Counted from the whole stretch's first letter, positions 1-11,868 are shown. The stretch: 62,067 nucleotides of DNA, filler included, from Limisphaerales bacterium (GCA_044225505.1; 5 parts of 5 records of this genome joined end to end with filler, not necessarily neighbours in it); one strand, 5' to 3'. Notes: a model not told the origin generated them from the sequence alone. Program-made: numbers and translations.

Positions 1-262
1 GTTCGCTGTCGCGGCGAGGAGTTTGGCGGGCCCACTAAGGCGCGAGCGAGGCGCATCCCCGTCCCGACAGGTCGGGATAACGAGCGAGCCACGCCGCGGG
101 CGCGCCAAAGAACCGCCGCCCAAAGGGTTGCGCCGAGTTTTACCCTGTGGCTTTGTTGCTCCTCGGTCATGGAGCTCTGCGGCTCCGCTCCCTCGTCGCG
201 CCTCGCCATAGGGCCAAATTGGGCGCAACGAAAGCGAACGGATTTAGAGGACACCACGCTAG
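1..262. mobile_element. MITE-like/structured repeat, family A, copy 1 (left end outside the window)
   Basis: Core GGCGCGAGCGAGGCGCA...AAAGAACCGCCGCCCAAAGGGTTGCG...GTTGCTCCTCGGTCA recurs at 57265-57388. The right end GGATTTAGAGGACACCACGCTAG is an imperfect inverted repeat of the left end of copy 2 (CTAGTGTGGTGACCGCTAAGTCC). Confidence 0.7.
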
Positions 263-1743
263 GGCAGACTCGTCTGCCCCATCAAATAGCGATCGCACTC
301 CCGGGCGGCCCCCCGGCCTTCGTTAAAGGCCCAAACGACGAGGCTTTGGCCGCGTCGGCAGTCGCCTGCGGCGAAGACTCCCTTAATGTTGGTCGAATAC
401 CGGTCGAATTCTGCCTTAACATTCGTTCGAGGGTCGCGGTCAATCTTGAGTTGGTCCAACAGCGCTTGTTCCGGCCCCAGAAAACCCATCGCCAGGAGGA
501 CCAATTGGGCGGGTCGCACCTTTTCGGTTCCGGGAACTTCTTTGGGCGTAAACCGGCCGGCGCTGTCTTTGATCCAGGTGATCTCGACGGTATGCACGGC
601 TTTAACTCGGCCAGTTTCGTCACCTTCAAACTTCTTGGCAGTGGTCAGGTAAGTTCTGGGGTCGTCGCCAAAGACGGCGGCGGCTTCCTCTTGGCCGTAA
701 TCAAGGCGATAGACTTTGGGCCATTCGGGCCAAGGATTGTCCAATGCACGCTCCGACGGCGGTTTGGGAAGTATCTCCAACTGGACAAGGCTCCGGCAGC
801 CGTGGCGCATAGAAGTTCCGACGCAGTCCGTCCCGGTATCGCCACCGCCAATGACGACGACATCCTTTCCTTTTGCTGTGATGGAGGCGTTGTTTGGGCG
901 ACTGTCGAGCAAGGCTTTGGTGTTCCCCTGCAGGAATTCCATCGCGAAATGGACACCTTGAAGGGACCGCCCTTCGATGGGCAAATCTCTTGGTTTGGTG
1001 GCGCCAGTGCAGAGCACGACCGCATCGTAGTCGCGGAGGAGTTGGTCGGCAGGATAGTTGACGCCTACTTCCGTGTTGGCAACGAAGTTGATGCCCTCTT
1101 TCGCTAGCTGATCGATTCTCCGTTGGACCACGTGGACTTTGTCCAACTTGGGATTGGGAATGCCGTACATGAGCAAGCCGCCCACTCGATCGGCGCGTTC
1201 AAAGACTGTGACCCAGTGGCCCGCCTTATTCAGTTGGGCGGCGGCGCACAAACCGGCCGGTCCTGACCCAACCACGGCGACTTTCTTGCCCGTCCGGCTC
1301 GCAGGCGGTTCTGGAGTGATCCAGCCTTCATCCCAGCCTTTATCCGCGATGGAGCACTCAATGTTCTTGATCGTGACCGCAGGCGCGTGAATGCCAAGGA
1401 CGCACGATCCTTCGCACGGCGCCGGGCAAACCCTTCCGGTGAACTCCGGGAAGTTGTTGGTTTTGTGAAGGCGAGCTAGAGCTTCTTGCCAAAGGCCGCG
1501 ATAAACAAGGTCGTTCCATTCAGGAATGAGATTGTGAATGGGACATCCGGAAGCCATCCCGCTCAAAAGGGTGCCGGTATGGCAGAAGGGAATGCCACAA
1601 TCCATGCAGCGTGCTCCTTGCGTGCGGAGCTTTTCCTCAGGCATGTGGATATGGAATTCGTTCCAGTCCTGAATGCGTTTCAGGGCCGGTCTGTCGAGCG
1701 GCAATTCCCGCAAGTAATCGATGAATCCAGTGGGTTTTCCCAT
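259..1743 (-). CDS. gltD: Glutamate synthase small (beta) subunit
   Basis: MGKPTGF start, [11 protein letters not shown] and [12 protein letters not shown]e-S motifs, GSGPAG and GGGDTG dinucleotide-binding motifs, [13 protein letters not shown]; lies downstream of gltB. Confidence 0.97.
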   Translation of the reverse strand: MGKPTGFIDYLRELPLDRPALKRIQDWNEFHIHMPEEKLRTQGARCMDCGIPFCHTGTLLSGMASGCPIHNLIPEWNDLVYRGLWQEALARLHKTNNFPEFTGRVCPAPCEGSCVLGIHAPAVTIKNIECSIADKGWDEGWITPEPPASRTGKKVAVVGSGPAGLCAAAQLNKAGHWVTVFERADRVGGLLMYGIPNPKLDKVHVVQRRIDQLAKEGINFVANTEVGVNYPADQLLRDYDAVVLCTGATKPRDLPIEGRSLQGVHFAMEFLQGNTKALLDSRPNNASITAKGKDVVVIGGGDTGTDCVGTSMRHGCRSLVQLEILPKPPSERALDNPWPEWPKVYRLDYGQEEAAAVFGDDPRTYLTTAKKFEGDETGRVKAVHTVEITWIKDSAGRFTPKEVPGTEKVRPAQLVLLAMGFLGPEQALLDQLKIDRDPRTNVKAEFDRYSTNIKGVFAAGDCRRGQSLVVWAFNEGRGAARECDRYLMGQTSLP

Positions 1744-1773
1744 GGTGATAAGCTCAGAGTGATACTCGATGAA

Positions 1774-4700
1774 TTAACCGCCTCCAACGCGGGCCAAGTC
1801 TTTGGAGTTTTCCTCAAACGCGGCCATCAACGCTTGTTCGCCGCTGAGGCCGGATTCGGTGACGCGCTGGATCGCTTCCAACATTCGCTTGTAGTCTTTC
1901 GGCATGACCTTGACAAACTTTGGCGCTGTTTGGTCCCAAAGCGCAAGGAGCTTCCGTGCCCGTTCGCTTTGGGTATACTCCGCGTGGCGCTGAATCATGG
2001 TGTGGAGTTCGTCCAGTTCTTGGCCCGCTTGAACCTTCTCCAGCGCGACCATTTGCTGGTTGCAGCGCTTATGAAAATCGCCCGTTTCGTCCAAAACATA
2101 AGCGATTCCGCCAGACATCCCGGCCGCGAAGTTTCGCCCGGTCTGCCCCAGAATGACGACCTTCCCGCCCGTCATGTATTCACAACCGTGGTCACCGACG
2201 GCTTCCACCACCGCGTTAATGCCACTGTTGCGCACGCAGAAGCGCTCACCGGCCATGCCGCCGATGTATGCCTCACCACTCGTCGCACCGTAGAAAGCGA
2301 CATTGCCAATGATGATGTTGTCTTCCGGAACAAACGTCGAGGATTCGGGCGGGTAGACAACGATCTTTCCTCCGGACAACCCCTTGCCAACGTAATCGTT
2401 GGCATCGCCTTCCAGGATGAACGTCATTCCTTTTGGCATGAAAGCGCCAAAGCTCTGTCCTGCGGATCCTTTGAAGTGAATCCGAATGGTATCTTCCGGC
2501 AATCCTTCCACGCCGAACCGGCGAGTCAGCTCACTCCCGACGATCGTCCCGACGACGCGATGCACATTTCGAATGGGGAGAGTCGCGCGCACGGGTTCAC
2601 TACGTTCCAAGGCAGGTTCGCACAGTTTCAAAAGCAACGTGTTATCCAATGCTTTTTCGAGGCCATGATCCTGAGCAATCTGTCGGAACCGCCCCACATT
2701 CGCCGCCACTTTGGGCTGGTGCAAAATACTCGTGAGGTCCAATCCGCGGGCTTTCCAGTGATCGATCGCATGTTTGGCTTCGAGTCGGTCCGTGCGTCCG
2801 ATCATTTCTTCCATGCTGCGGAAGCCCAGTTGGGCCATTAATTCCCGAACCTCTTGAGCGATAAAGCGCATGAAATTGACGGCATGGCCAGGGTCGCCCG
2901 TAAAGTTCTTACGCAAGCTCGGGTTCTGCGTCGCAACGCCGACGGGGCAAGTGTTCAGATGGCAAACGCGCATCATGATGCAGCCGAGGGCGACGAGCGG
3001 AGCCGTGGCAAACCCAAACTCTTCCGCCCCTAGCAGAGCCGCGACGACAACATCGCGGCCGGTCTTGAGTTGGCCGTCCGTTTCAACCGCAATGCGGCTG
3101 CGCAGGTTATTCAGAACGAGCGTCTGGTGGGTCTCGGCCAAACCCAGTTCCCAAGGAATGCCCGCATGCTTGATACTGGTCTGAGGGGAAGCACCGGTCC
3201 CCCCATCGTAGCCGCTGATTAGCACGACATCCGCGTGCGCCTTTGCTACGCCCGCAGCCACCGTCCCAACGCCGACTTCCGACACCAGCTTGACGCTGAT
3301 ACGAGCGCGATGATTGGCGTTCTTCAAATCATGGATCAGTTCCGCCAAATCCTCGATCGAGTAAATATCATGATGCGGCGGGGGGGAGATGAGCCCAACT
3401 CCCGGTGTCGCGTGCCTCACCTTGGCGATCCAAGGATAGACTTTCCCGCCCGGCAGTTGTCCGCCTTCGCCAGGTTTAGCGCCCTGCGCCATCTTGATCT
3501 GCAGTTCTTGCGCGTTAACCAAATACAGACTCGTGACCCCGAAGCGCCCGGAAGCAACCTGTTTGATCGCGCTGTTCTTCGAATCACCATTCGGCTCTAA
3601 TTCGTAACGGGCTGGGTCTTCGCCGCCCTCACCGGTGTTGCTTTTGCCACCGATCCGGTTCATGGCAATGGCCAGCGCCTCATGGGCTTCTTTACTGATC
3701 GACCCATACGACATCGCTCCCGATTTGAAGCGTTTCATAATCGCCTCGACGGGTTCGACATCTTCAATCGCAATCGGTTTATCGCCCTTAAGCTCCAGCA
3801 GCGAGCGGAGCGTACAGAGCCGCTTCGACTGGTCGTTGACGGACGCTGAGTATTCCTTAAACGTCTTAAAGCTGCCTGTGCGGCAGGCCAATTGGAGCTT
3901 GTGCACAGTCTGCGGGTTGAAAAGATGGAATTCCCCATCGTGCCGCCATTGATAGTGACCGCCCGGGTCCAAGGTGGGACCTTGAACGGCGATCGGAGGA
4001 AAGGCATGCTCGTGGCGGAGGAGAGCTTCGCGAGCGATCACGTCCAAACTGATGCCGCCGACGCGCGATGGGGTCCAGGTGAAATACTTATTGATCACGC
4101 CTTCGTTTAGTCCAATCGCTTCGAAGACTTGAGCACCCCGATAACTTTGGATGGTCGAGATTCCCATCTTCGAGATGACTTTCACCACGCCCTTGACCGC
4201 TGCTTTTACATAATTCTTGCGCGCCGTTTTGGAGTCCACGTTCGGCAAGAGGCCCTGCGCGATCATGTCGTCGATCGTCTCAAACGCGAGGTAGGGATTG
4301 ATCGCGCCGCAACCATATCCAATCAGCAACGAGAAATGATGCACTTCACGCGGTTCGCCGGATTCCAAAACCAGGCCCACGCGTGTGCGAGTTCCTTCCC
4401 GGATCAGGTGATGATGGAGGCCCGAGACCGCGAGGAGCGCTGGCACCGGTGCGAACTCACGATTTGTTCCTCGGTCCGAAAGAATCAAAATATTCGCACC
4501 TTCGCCGATCGCCCGGCTGGCATCGCGACAAATCGATTCCATGGCCTCCTGCAACCCATTGGCCCCTTCAGCAGCGCGGAAGATGATCGGCAACGTGATC
4601 GCTTTGAAGCCCGGCTCCGAAATATACTGCAGTTTGGCCAATTCTTCGTTAGTCAGGATGGGAGTCTTGAGCTCGATCAGTCGGCAGCTTTCTGCCTTCG

Positions 4701-6425
4701 GATCGAGCAAGTTCCGCTCCGAACCAATCGTGGTTTCCGCGGAAGTGACAATCTCTTCGCGAATGCAATCGATCGGGGGATTGGTCACCTGGGCGAACAA
4801 CTGCTTAAAATAGTTGTAGAGCAGTTGCGGCTTATCCGACAGCACCGCAAGCGGGGTGTCTGTGCCCATCGATCCCACCGGTTCAACCCCGTCGCGCGCC
4901 ATGGGCGACATGATGATCCGAAGGTCTTCAAAGGTGTAACCGAACGCTTGCTGCCGCTGGAGCACGGTCTCGTGGCTGGGCCCAGTCTGTTGATTGATCA
5001 AGGGCAAGTTCGCCAGTGGGATCATGTGCTGCTCGATCCACTGGGCGTACGGATGTTCGGTCGCAATTTTGTGCTTAATCTCCTCATCGGCCACAATCCG
5101 GCCCTCTTCCGTATCGATGAGAAACATCCGTCCAGGCTGTAGCCGGCCTTTGTGCAGAATGCGGTCCGGGGCGACTTCCAATACTCCCACCTCAGACGCC
5201 ATGATGACCAAGTCATCTTTGGTGACGTAGTAGCGCGATGGACGAAGTCCGTTACGGTCCAGAACAGCGCCGATTCGGACGCCGTCGGTAAAAGCGATGG
5301 ACGCTGGCCCGTCCCAAGGTTCCATCAGGCAGCTATGGTATTCATAGAATGCTTTTTTCTGCTCGCTCATGCTCTCATGATTCGCCCAAGGTTCCGGGAT
5401 CATCATCATGATGGCGTGGGGCAGAGAGCGGCCGCCCAAAACGAGCAACTCCAAGCAATTGTCAAACATGCTCGAGTCGCTGCCGTTGGTATCGACGATC
5501 GGAAGGATCTTCTTGGTGTCGCTGCCAAACAAGTTCGCCTCAAACATGGCTTGTCGGGCGTGCATCCAGTTGATATTGCCCCGCAGCGTGTTGATCTCGC
5601 CGTTGTGCGCCAGATACCGATAGGGATGAGCGCGTTCCCAGCTCGGAAAAGTGTTTGTGCTGAAACGGGAGTGAACCAACGCGAGCGCCGTTTCCATGGC
5701 CGGATTGGCCAGGTCCGGATAGTACTCTTCGACTTGCTCCGTCAGGAGCATGCCTTTGTAAACGAGCGTTTTATAAGAAAGACTCGCAACATAGAAAACG
5801 TGACTGCCCTTAAATCCAGCAGCCCGAACTTCATTGACCGCCCGCTTGCGAATGATGAAAAGCTTCCGCTCGAAGGCAAGGTCGTCCTTGAGGTTGGTGT
5901 CGCGCCCGATGAACACCTGCCGCATGAAAGGCTCCGACGCTTTGGCCGTGGCGCCAAGAGACGCATTGCTCGTGGGTACGGTGCGCCAGCCCAGAAAACG
6001 CTGACCTTCGTCCGCGACGATCCTTTCCACGATCTGCTCGCATTTGCGGCGGGCTGACTTTTCCTGCGGCAAAAAGACCATCCCGGCGCCGTATTCTCCC
6101 GGCCCAGGCAGCTGAATGCGGGCGTCGTGACATGCTTCTTCAAGGAACGTGTGCGGCATCTGCAAGAGGATCCCTGCGCCGTCGCCCGTATTGACTTCAC
6201 ATCCGCAGGCGCCGCGGTGATTCAGATTGATCAGAATGCTTAGGCCTTGTCGGATGATCTCATGAGACTTGCGCCCTTTGACATTGACCACGAAACCAAC
6301 CCACAGGCTTCGTGTTCAAACCATGGGTCGTACAGGCCTTGCTTCGGCGGCAGGCCATTGGAGACTGTCTCTGGGCCGCTCGGCCCCAGATCGCTGGGCG
6401 TGATTCGGTTCCGCGATGTCATCAT
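1774..6425 (-). CDS. gltB: Glutamate synthase large (alpha) subunit, with a 1-nt frameshift near 6300
   Basis: ORF 1774..6291 has [42 protein letters not shown] and GXGXG repeats. The propeptide and catalytic Cys ([17 protein letters not shown]) lie in another frame (6240..6425). Confidence 0.95.
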
Positions 6426-6703
6426 TATCGGTTCCGTTTTAGTACCAAAATGTTGGGATTCTTTACTACATCGCGCCCCAAGTGCAACAACTGAAATTCA
6501 TAAGCGATTTGCGTGTCTCCTAAAAAGAGCACTGCCCAGGAGACGGCGCGAACGAAAATCGGGTTTCGACTCAAGGTCTGGGCGGCGGGCGCTTCTCCAG
6601 GGCAACCGCTTACAGCGCGGTGTGGCCGCCCGCCTTGTCAAGGCTGGCGGCAACATTCCGTATGGAGGCGATCAGAAATTTAGTCGTGGAGATGTCGACA
6701 AGA

Positions 6704-8158
6704 CTAAGCCGTGTAGGTGCCGGAACTGACCGCTCCGCCTCTTCCCGTCCAGTTCGTATGCGAGAATTCCCCGCGCGGCCGATCTACCCGTTCATAGGTG
6801 TGAGCACCGAAATAATCGCGTTGCGCCTGTAAGAGGTTCGCTGGCAACCTCTCGCTTCGATACCCATCAAAGAACGCCAGGGCCGTGCTGAACGCGGGAA
6901 TCGGGATCCCTTTTCGCGCCGCGGTGGAGACCACGTTACGCCAAGCTCGCTGACTCTTTTGAATCGCTTTCTTGAAAAATGGGTCGAGCATCAAGTTCGT
7001 GAGTTTCGGGTTTTTGTCAAAGGCTCTTTTGATATCACCGAGAAACCGGCTGCGGATGATGCAGCCACCGCGCCACATTAGCGCGACGCCGCCATAGTTT
7101 AGGTTCCAGTGGTACTGTTGAGCGGCCGCTCGGAGGAGCATGAAGCCTTGCGCATACGAGACGATCTTTGACGCGTAGAGAGCTTGTCGGATCGCTTCCA
7201 CCCACTTGCTCCGGTCTCCGGAAATGACTGGTTTGGGTCCGCGTAACTTCTTCGATGCAGCGACGCGTTCATCTTTCAAAGCCGAAATCATGCGCGCGTA
7301 GACGGCCTCCGCAATCAGTGTGATCGGGATACCCAAGTCCTGCGAGCTGACGACTGTCCATTTGCCAGTTCCCTTCTGGCCTGCCGTGTCGAGAATCTTC
7401 TCCACGAGCGGCTGGCCATCGGTATCCTTAAACGCCAGGATATCGCGAGTGATTTCGATAAGGTAAGATTCCAGATCTCCTTGATACCACTCCGCGAAAA
7501 CTTGGTGCATTTCATCCGCGGTCATGCCTAGTCCTGTCTTCATCAGATTGTAGGCTTCGCAGATCAGCTGCATGTCTCCGTACTCAATCCCGTTGTGCAC
7601 CATTTTCACATAGTGCCCCGCCCCGTCTTCGCCCACCCAATCGCAGCACGGTGTTCCGTCTTCCACCTTCGCAGAAATCGCCTGGAACAGATCTTTAACG
7701 TGAGGCCACGCCGCGGTGGATCCGCCGGGCATGATGCTAGGTCCCCGACGAGCGCCCTCTTCGCCACCCGACACGCCCGTTCCAATATAGAGTAGCCCTT
7801 TTGACTCCAATTGTTTGGTTCGGCGAATCGTGTCTTCAAACAGGGAATTGCCGCCGTCAATGATGATGTCGCCCGCTTCCAAATGAGGGAGCAAGTGATC
7901 GATAAACTCGTCTACCGGTTGGCCCGCCTTGACCATGAGCATCACGCGACGCGGCTTCTTGAGCAATGCAATCATCTCTTCGATCGAGTGGGCGCCGATC
8001 ACTTTGGTGCCTTGGGCCTCTTTCTGAAGAAACTCATCCACCTTTGCTACCGTGCGATTGTAAGCAACCACCGTGAATCCGTGGTCGTTCATGTTCAAGA
8101 TCAAGTTCTGGCCCATAACGGCCAGACCGATTACAGCGATGTCGGCTCTAGGTTCCAT
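6704..8158 (-). CDS. gndA: 6-phosphogluconate dehydrogenase, NADP-dependent, decarboxylating
   Basis: ADIAVIGLAVMGQNL, GVSGGEEGA, KMVHNGIEYGDMQ, QAQRDYFGAHTY; start placed at MEPRAD (8158). Confidence 0.96.
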   Translation of the reverse strand: MEPRADIAVIGLAVMGQNLILNMNDHGFTVVAYNRTVAKVDEFLQKEAQGTKVIGAHSIEEMIALLKKPRRVMLMVKAGQPVDEFIDHLLPHLEAGDIIIDGGNSLFEDTIRRTKQLESKGLLYIGTGVSGGEEGARRGPSIMPGGSTAAWPHVKDLFQAISAKVEDGTPCCDWVGEDGAGHYVKMVHNGIEYGDMQLICEAYNLMKTGLGMTADEMHQVFAEWYQGDLESYLIEITRDILAFKDTDGQPLVEKILDTAGQKGTGKWTVVSSQDLGIPITLIAEAVYARMISALKDERVAASKKLRGPKPVISGDRSKWVEAIRQALYASKIVSYAQGFMLLRAAAQQYHWNLNYGGVALMWRGGCIIRSRFLGDIKRAFDKNPKLTNLMLDPFFKKAIQKSQRAWRNVVSTAARKGIPIPAFSTALAFFDGYRSERLPANLLQAQRDYFGAHTYERVDRPRGEFSHTNWTGRGGAVSSGTYTA

Positions 8159-8437
8159 GTTCAAATTGCGTCTTGAAACCCTCACCATACCCAAGCCGCC
8201 GGAGGGCGTCAGCAGTTTTTTCGATACGCCCCGGGCCGGCATGATCGCCGCCCGCGCGCTCAAGTTGCTTGACGGATTCCCAGCGTGAAGTCGTCAAATT
8301 CGCTCCCTCATGGTCGAGCTTGAACTCGGACCACAGGCCGTCCAGGAGCCGATGACAGCCTCTGGGAGGGTCTGCCAACGCCGCCGATCCACCCTGCAAT
8401 CTTCACTGGCCTAAGGGACTACAGGGACTGCCGTTCT

Positions 8438-8464
8438 TAAGTAGGCGGCCCTTTCTGCCGATAC
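8438..8464 (+). promoter_or_regulatory. Sigma28 (FliA)-type promoter upstream of the MCP gene
   Basis: TAAG-N15-GCCGATAC versus consensus TAAA-N15-GCCGATAA, 62 nt before the MCP ATG. Confidence 0.75.
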
Positions 8465-8526
8465 AGCCTACAACAGATGACGTGACCCCGTCCTGAATCT
8501 GGGACGATCTCTTTTGCCTCGGTTGT

Positions 8527-10320
8527 ATGAATTTACAGACGAAGTTCTTTTTGTCCGTTTCAAGCGGTGTTTTGGCTGTCCTCATCATCTCGGAGTCTGT
8601 CCGGCAACGACGTGAAAGCCGCAGCTATGCCGAGCTCTCGGCCACGAATCTACAGCGTCTGGAGCGGTCGACTCTCGGCAATATGCGCAATTTGCAGGAA
8701 GCCGTGCTGATCTCGCTGCGCGACGCGATGGAACAGGGGGAAATGGACCGGTTGGCGCAAATCCTCACCCAACAACGGCGGGTGGAGGGCCTGCTGGAAT
8801 GTTCGCTGATTGGAGAATCGGGAAAAGTTGCCTACTCCTCCGAGCCAGCTGCGCTGCATCGTTCGCTCGACGTTCCATTGCGGCAGCAGCTCTGGCAAAA
8901 TGCGATCCCGCTCGAAAGGCAAACAGATCAGGCTTTTGAGCTCTATCGGCCGTTGCTCGCTGAGAAGGCGTGCGTTGAGTGCCATACCGATTGGAAGGTG
9001 GGACAGGTTGCTGGTGTGCAATTGTTGCGTCTGTCCAACTCCGCTTATCGTCAGGCCCAACAGGAATGGTCAGCTTCGTTTGCCTCGCTCCGGAAAGAGA
9101 GTCTCATCGCCGGTGTCGTCGTTACCCTGGGGATTGTGGTCGTTGTGATTGCGCTCGTCATGCTGGTTTCTCGTCGGCAATTGACCGTGCCGTTGGCCAA
9201 GGCAGCCGACACGCTTATTCGAGTCAGTCAAGGGGATTTGACAGCACGCGTTGATTCGGAGTTGTTAAATCGACAAGACGAAATCGGGGGCCTATCTCAA
9301 GCTCTGAAACGAATGACCGACCGTTTGAGGAGCTTGCTTGGCGAGCTTTCAGGCAGTGCGCAGACTTTGGCACAATCGTCGACCGAACTCTCCGCCGCCT
9401 CTAGCCAATCAGCTACTGGAGTTAAGTTTGCTTCCGAGAAGGCTACCGCCGTCGCGCGTGCGGCTGAAGAGATGAGCGCGAGTTCAATGTCTGTGGCTGC
9501 GGGCATGGGCGATGCAACCACGAGCCTGACGACCGTGGCGGGCGCAATCGAACAGATGACCGCAACGATTCATGAAATAGCCGTCAATTCGGAGCAGGCT
9601 CGTTCCATCACATCGGAGGCGACTCGGCACGCTCGGCTGGTCAGCGATCGCATGCAAGATTTGAACGCGGCGGCCAAGGATATTGGAGCCGTGACGGAAT
9701 CGATTACGAACATTTCTGATCAAACGAAACTCTTGGCGCTGAACGCCACCATCGAAGCAGCTCGCGCAGGCGCTGCTGGGAAAGGATTCGGTGTCGTCGC
9801 ACAGGAAATCAAAGAGTTAGCGCGTCAGACGGCAGAGGCGACCGAGGACATTAAAGCGAGGGTCAGTGGGATACAGAATTCTACCGCGGGAACGCTCTCG
9901 GATATTGGCCAGATTTCGGGCGTGATCGCGCGGGTCAGCGATATTGTTAACACAATTGCGACCGCGATCGGGCAACAATCGGCCGCGACCCGCGACATGG
10001 CATGCAACGTCAGTGGTGCAGCCACGGGCGTTAAGGAGGCAAATGACCGGGTTGTAGAAATCTCGGCGGTGTCCCAATCGGTTTCCAAAGACATTGCCAC
10101 GGTGAATGACGCTACCAGCGAGATTTCCAGCGGTACCGACCACGTCTTATCCAGCGCCGCGGAGCTCGCTCGACTCGCTGAAGATTTAAGGCAAATGCTC
10201 GCCCAATTCCGCACCGACACGGCAAGCACAGGCGAAAGGTCCGAAGTCCGTGGCTTAGACCGGAGCGTGGCCACGCGGAATATTGAATCCTCCCATCGAG
10301 GGGTGGCCTTGGTCAGTTAA
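8527..10320 (+). CDS. Methyl-accepting chemotaxis protein with periplasmic c-type heme (CxxCH) sensor domain
   Basis: Two TM segments, CVECH motif between them, HAMP (RQDEIGGL), MCP hairpin QTKLLALNATIEAARAGAAGKGFGVVAQEIKELA. Confidence 0.93.
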   Translation: MNLQTKFFLSVSSGVLAVLIISESVRQRRESRSYAELSATNLQRLERSTLGNMRNLQEAVLISLRDAMEQGEMDRLAQILTQQRRVEGLLECSLIGESGKVAYSSEPAALHRSLDVPLRQQLWQNAIPLERQTDQAFELYRPLLAEKACVECHTDWKVGQVAGVQLLRLSNSAYRQAQQEWSASFASLRKESLIAGVVVTLGIVVVVIALVMLVSRRQLTVPLAKAADTLIRVSQGDLTARVDSELLNRQDEIGGLSQALKRMTDRLRSLLGELSGSAQTLAQSSTELSAASSQSATGVKFASEKATAVARAAEEMSASSMSVAAGMGDATTSLTTVAGAIEQMTATIHEIAVNSEQARSITSEATRHARLVSDRMQDLNAAAKDIGAVTESITNISDQTKLLALNATIEAARAGAAGKGFGVVAQEIKELARQTAEATEDIKARVSGIQNSTAGTLSDIGQISGVIARVSDIVNTIATAIGQQSAATRDMACNVSGAATGVKEANDRVVEISAVSQSVSKDIATVNDATSEISSGTDHVLSSAAELARLAEDLRQMLAQFRTDTASTGERSEVRGLDRSVATRNIESSHRGVALVS

Positions 10321-10378
10321 TGACGCCATGGGTGCAACCCGGGCCTCGGGGTGCGTCCGTGCGGTCGGGGTTGCCCAT

Positions 10379-10918
10379 TCAATGCTCGGTTGCAGGTCCT
10401 CGGAATATGAGCCGGTCAATCCACGCGAGCATCAGCGCCGAAACCACGAAGGTCAGGTGAATGGAGACTTGCCACAGAAGGGTCTTGGTTTCGATCCGAT
10501 CGGCGTTGATGAAGCTCTTAAGCAGGTGGATTGAAGAAATGCCAATTAGGGCGGTGGCCAGCTTGACCTTCAAAATCCCGGCGTTGACATGGGAGAGCCA
10601 CTCAGGTTGATCGGGATGGTCTTCGAGCCGGAGGCGGGAAACAAACGTTTCATATCCGCCTACGATTACCATGATGAGTAGATTCGCAATCATCACCACG
10701 TCAATAAGCCCGAGCACGCGCAGCATGATCTCCGTTTCCGTAAGGGTCGGAGTGTATCCGATGAGATGCCACAACTCCACCATGAAATGGTATACGTAGA
10801 TCCCTTGGGCCACGATCAACCCAAAGTATAACGGCGCTTGTAACCAACGACTTAGGAAGATGAGACTTCCCACCGTGCTTTTGAACTTAGTATCTTTATA
10901 GGGCATTGTTCGGGACAT
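10379..10918 (-). CDS. YqhA/UPF0114 (TIGR00645-like) membrane protein
   Basis: SRWLQAPLYFGL, LGLIDVVMIANLLIMVIVGGYETFVS, LKVKLATALIGISSIHLL; start uncertain (10918 or 10906). Confidence 0.85.
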   Translation of the reverse strand: MSRTMPYKDTKFKSTVGSLIFLSRWLQAPLYFGLIVAQGIYVYHFMVELWHLIGYTPTLTETEIMLRVLGLIDVVMIANLLIMVIVGGYETFVSRLRLEDHPDQPEWLSHVNAGILKVKLATALIGISSIHLLKSFINADRIETKTLLWQVSIHLTFVVSALMLAWIDRLIFRGPATEH

Positions 10919-11118
10919 TAACGCGCCGCAAAATAGCACATTCCTGCCATCTGCAAAGCCGCTGCTCTGAGTGCGGCGGGGCCGCCACCGGTGCGGCGGG
11001 GGCTTGGAGTCGATCGTGTTTGTCGAAAGCCGCGGTCGCAGCGCTCAGAGTTTTCGCCTGCGGCGTAACAGCGGACGATCGGAGCGTCGAGGAGCAGATA
11101 CTTGGAAGGGAAGCGGAT

Positions 11119-11745
11119 TCACGGGCTAAGGACGGGCATCATCGGCTGCAAAACTCGCTCCAAACGTTCGGCGATCGCCGCGTTGCCTTGATCATTTGGA
11201 TGCACGTAGTCTGCCATTAAGCCCGGATGACCTAATACTCCTTCCAGGATATTAGGCACATAAAGCACTCGCTTTGCCCTGGCAAGCCGCTTGAATTCTG
11301 AACGGTATTTGTCCCGCACACTTGCACTGCGAATGCCGATCAGCACCACGAACGCCCCGCGTTGCTGCAGTTGATCGATGATCTCTCCGAGATTGCGAAA
11401 CGTCTGTTCGTGTGGGACACCGTGTAGTGTATCGTTACCGCCAAAGCAGAGCAGAACCACTCTCGGACGGGCGTTTAAGACTTCCTCAACTTTGCCCAGC
11501 CCATCTTGAGAGGTCGCTCCAGGTGTGCCGAAATTGAGCATCGGAACACCGAGCGCTTTGCCGAGAAGGGTAGGGTAATCGTTCCCATCAGCCGCTCCGA
11601 ATCCTGAAGTTAGACTATCCCCAAATGCGATCCAGTGCTGGCCTGCCGTCGGGGGGAAATTGATGTATGTCGGATCAGGGCGGAGGAGAAGAAAAAGTCC
11701 TGCGCTGATGGTGATCAAGAGTAGACAGGACAAAAGCTTCTTCAT
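11119..11745 (-). CDS. SGNH/GDSL-family esterase (arylesterase/TesA-like)
   Basis: AFGDSLTSG (block I), GGND (block III), DYVHPN (block V); N-terminal signal/anchor. Confidence 0.9.
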   Translation of the reverse strand: MKKLLSCLLLITISAGLFLLLRPDPTYINFPPTAGQHWIAFGDSLTSGFGAADGNDYPTLLGKALGVPMLNFGTPGATSQDGLGKVEEVLNARPRVVLLCFGGNDTLHGVPHEQTFRNLGEIIDQLQQRGAFVVLIGIRSASVRDKYRSEFKRLARAKRVLYVPNILEGVLGHPGLMADYVHPNDQGNAAIAERLERVLQPMMPVLSP

Positions 11746-11868
11746 TCGCCTTAACGTTCAAGTAAACAAGCGAATTCGCGAATAGTTGCTAGGAATGAGC
11801 CCTGTCGAGTGCCCACTCGAATGAAAAGGCCAAGCGATCCGGTCCTGGCGCCGAACAGCACGACAGAG

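Noticed and set aside
169..6057. Long + strand ORFs (169-1107, 1486-2841, 4129-5142, 5152-6057)
   Set aside because: Antisense shadows of gltD/gltB in high-GC DNA; no recognisable motifs.
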